The notes beneath the pieces were generated by a model, which did not search any database, was not told where the DNA came from, and saw only the letters and a list, made by a program, of their open reading frames with translations. A program made the translations under genes and the position numbers. A stretch of DNA of 63,736 nucleotides, the filler included, from Phoronis australis (lineage: Eukaryota; Animalia; Phoronida), in assembly GCA_002633005.1 (NCBI GenBank). It is 10 parts of 10 records of this genome, joined end to end, with 100 filler letters (N's around TTAATTAATTAA, not from the genome) between each part and the next. Parts side by side here need not be neighbours in the genome. Positions count along the whole stretch, not along the records: positions 60,237 to 61,833 come from NMRA01001819.1; positions 61,934 to 63,736 come from NMRA01001841.1; 8 more parts are not named here. One strand, 5' to 3'. Below, piece by piece: positions 60,701 through 63,736 of this stretch; positions within the stretch are counted from its first letter, which is position 1, and each line of letters opens with the position of its first letter.

Positions 60701-62057
60701 TAACTTTCTGGAAAGAATAACATAACTTCATTCATTGGAGCTTAGGGACACATCCTGAACTCCAGTTAGTATTCTTTGTAGCATTGATTGGGATGCTACT
60801 TTCCTATGCTGTTACTGTTCTAAATATGAAAACAAAACTTTCAAGAAGAGTTTGAATTTTGTGCCTGGCTCTTGTTTAATAGCCTGAAACATTTCATTCT
60901 TAACCTGATTTCATTGTATGAGCTAAAATAATTTGAAATTATTGTAGGTGATTCAAGAAAAATGCAATCTTCAACTTATTAATTCATTTTATGAAATTTT
61001 CACTTTGGACAGAAAAACTGTACCAAGCAACAGAGCTTTATCTAGGATTTTGAAAATAGGGTGTCTGAAATAGGATTCCCAATATTCCAGGGCGTCCATG
61101 ATTCAAACGACGTCCCCACCCCTCACCACTGTCCAACAGCAATCCCCCCACACATACACAGTGAAATTTGTTTACAAAAAAATAGTGATCAGGAACTGGA
61201 ACATTGACTGCATGTGCATGCTGATGCAAATGGTAAATCCTGTTCAACTTGAAAAAATGCCATAGGCACAGCTTTGTTCCGACCACCTTTGTGTTCAGGC
61301 TGGCATTGTTCACTTGACTGCTGGTAGCCAAGTGAGCCGTTTTATTTTTTGCTGTTTACCTGGTGGGCCTGGTTTTTTAGTCTAGTGTCTTTTGACTTTC
61401 GGCTAAATGTTTTAGCCTGTTTCGCAAATTCAGGCTAAGGCTAAAAGTCAGAAAATCTGTCTACTACTTGAAGTTAAAAGATGGAAGTCTCTGGACTAGA
61501 CAGCAGACAAAACATTTTGAGAAAAAAATCAGGTTTTTGCTATTTGTAGTCAGATTTATGATTTTTGGCTGTTGAAGACAATGGCCTCTAATCTCCTCTA
61601 GAACCAGGCCTCTGACATGTTGCTCAAAGGAGCCGATATTTGCGAACCTGACAACTCAGCCAAATTAGCTGATTTTTACTGTATACCTTGCATAGTCGAT
61701 ACAACCACCAGAATGTAAGGATACCATGTATCATGCTTCCCACTAAGACTTAACTCCTTTAAAGTGTAAATTGCAAGGTCTAAGTATGTTAAATTGTAAT
61801 AATATTTTCAAGATATTGTTAGTTGGATATATCNNNNNNNNNNNNNNNNNNNNNNNNNNNNNNNNNNNNNNNNNNNNTTAATTAATTAANNNNNNNNNNN
61901 NNNNNNNNNNNNNNNNNNNNNNNNNNNNNNNNNTGAATTCTAGCTTCAGATTTCACCCGTTTCGGAGACAGGGTTTCAACCGCCTTGGGTTATAATAAGC
62001 GCCCCCCCCTGAACCGAACTTTTCTATGCGCCCTGGGCAGTTATTACGGCGAATGCG

Positions 62058-62760
62058 GTATTGCAACCAGTTAGAGAATGTTCGGTTTACCACGTGATTT
62101 TTTGTAAGGCAGAAATTGAATTATTCCAAGTGAGCCAGGCCCTTGCTTAAACTTGGAATTGGGTAGAAAAAACTGCGAGTCAGTGTGCTCAGAAGTGTTC
62201 CGAAAGTAATAGAAAATGCATTTAAAGTGTATTGCAAACAGTTAAAGAATGTTTGGTCCGTCATGTGATTTTTGTAAACTTTGAATTATTCCAAGTTAAA
62301 GCAACCGGTGTGGCTTGCTTAAACTTGAAATTAGGTAGAAAATATGCGAATGCACTCGGAAGTGTTCCAAAAGTAATAAATTGTATTGCAACCAGTCAGA
62401 GAATTTTTGGTTCACCACGTGAGTTTTTGTAAAGCAGAAATTGAATTATACCAAGTTTAAATGAGCCACGCCCTTGCTTAAACTTGAAATTGAGTAGAAA
62501 AAAATGCGAATGTGCTCAGAAGTGTTCCAAAATTAATAGAAAATACATTTAAAATGTGTTGCAACCAGTTACCGAATGTTTGGTTCACTATGTGATTTTT
62601 TGTAAAGCAGAAATTGAATTATTCCAATTTAAATCAAGGGCGTATCTTGCTTAAACTTGGAATTTACGGGGAAGAAAAAAACTCCGTCACTAAGTCTTCC
62701 AAAATTAACAGAAAATGTAATAAAATGTATTGCAACCAATTAGTGAATGTTTAATTCACC
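62058..62760. repeat. ~155-175-bp satellite-like tandem repeat, ~4 copies
   Basis: GTATTGCAACCAGTTA... recurs at ~62058, 62229, 62383, 62557 and 62727. Confidence 0.85.
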
Positions 62761-62791
62761 TCTTGATCAAACATCAACCAAGCACTAATTT

Positions 62792-63276
62792 CCAAGGCTT
62801 GGAATTTTCCGCGGAAACGCAGATTTCCGCTTTTTCAAACGTTCTGTCCGCGCATTTTATTATATTTCCGCGTAAAAAAAAATCAGATTTGATATAAAAT
62901 TTCCGTGGCAAATTCCTTTCTTACCGCGGTGTTGCAGACGACGTTCACCTCGAAAAGCGGAAGTTGCTCTTTATGTTTCGGAGGAACGTAAATTGTCAAC
63001 ATTGCCGGGGCATCTGGGATAGCGTGGTGGGATTTTCAATGGCGTCTCGTGTTATTGTAAACCGCGGAGACAAATACTACAGCTCTGCAGCCAAAAATGT
63101 GTGGGTTGGGAGTGGACGGACGAGCTAAAAGGACGCACAGACGCATGCTACTGATGGTGGTAACGTTTTTTTAGTCCTCCCGATTTTTGTCGGCGAAAGG
63201 TTCACATCGACCATTTCAAGGCTGGGTAGCGCGCAGGATTTGGGCCGTAAAAGTTTCCGCGTTTTTTGTCATTGTC
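62792..63276. mobile_element. Copy of the 628-1087 element, right end replaced by a LINE insertion
   Basis: Alignable with 628-1070 up to TTTTTTGTCAT. Confidence 0.75.
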
Positions 63277-63736
63277 ATTGACGACTTGTACTCTAAGCTG
63301 GGATTTATTAAAGTAAGACAAAGAAATAAATATCTCTCTGCCTGTTGTATATACAGATGTATCAATGGCGTGGCTCCTGCATATCTCAGCAGTAAATTCA
63401 ATAGCAGTCAGGCTGTTTATTCTACACGTTCTTCTGTTGCTGGCAATGTTTCTTCTAAAAAAATTAAAACCGAGACGGGCAAGAGATCTTTTATCTATGC
63501 AGCTGCTATAATATGGAATTCTTTTAGCCTAGAAATTAAACGGTCCAATTCAATTACTACCTTTAAAGTTAATGTTAAAAAGTGGCTGTAATTTACTTAA
63601 ACTTTTATACCCTGCCTGTCTTAATGATGTCATTTTTTCATTGTCGTAAATACTCTCATTGTCTAGAGTCATCTCTTAATTTATTTCATCTGTCTTAGTT
63701 AATTTTTTACCATTATTTGTCATTTAGTTATTGTCT
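63277..63736 (+). mobile_element. 5'-truncated CR1/L2-group LINE (ORF2 C-terminus to 63591 plus 3' UTR)
   Basis: IDDLYSKLGF...YRCINGVAPAYLS...YSTRSS...KTETGKRSFIYAAAIIWN...SITTFK is the typical C-terminal signature of CR1/L2-group ORF2. Confidence 0.85.

Overview
This is eukaryotic (invertebrate-like, AT-rich, intron-containing) genomic DNA, not prokaryotic. It is built from about 10 contigs joined by nine identical 100-bp artificial linkers (44 N + TTAATTAATTAA + 44 N), so synteny across linkers is unreliable. The largest contig (3566-35489) carries a 5'-incomplete, 17-exon, phase-consistent plus-strand gene (7094-28482, about 755 codons) for a type I membrane protein with four SRCR domains, CUB/CUB-like domains, one transmembrane helix and a short tail. 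Isolated exons of APIP (+), USO1 (-, last two exons) and ASCC2 (-, two exons) lie on small contigs. The rest is dominated by mobile DNA: a retroelement-like segment with an intact SGNH hydrolase ORF and a covarying hairpin array, an Academ transposon with TIRs and TSD nested in a TTAA-flanked MITE, Helentron-like (HINE) elements whose ~150-bp monomers each carry a CTCF-like motif, a solo LTR, LINE fragments, tRNA-derived SINEs, several MITE families, a Penelope-type hammerhead-like motif and several minisatellites. All family assignments come from motif recognition by eye; no database search was run.
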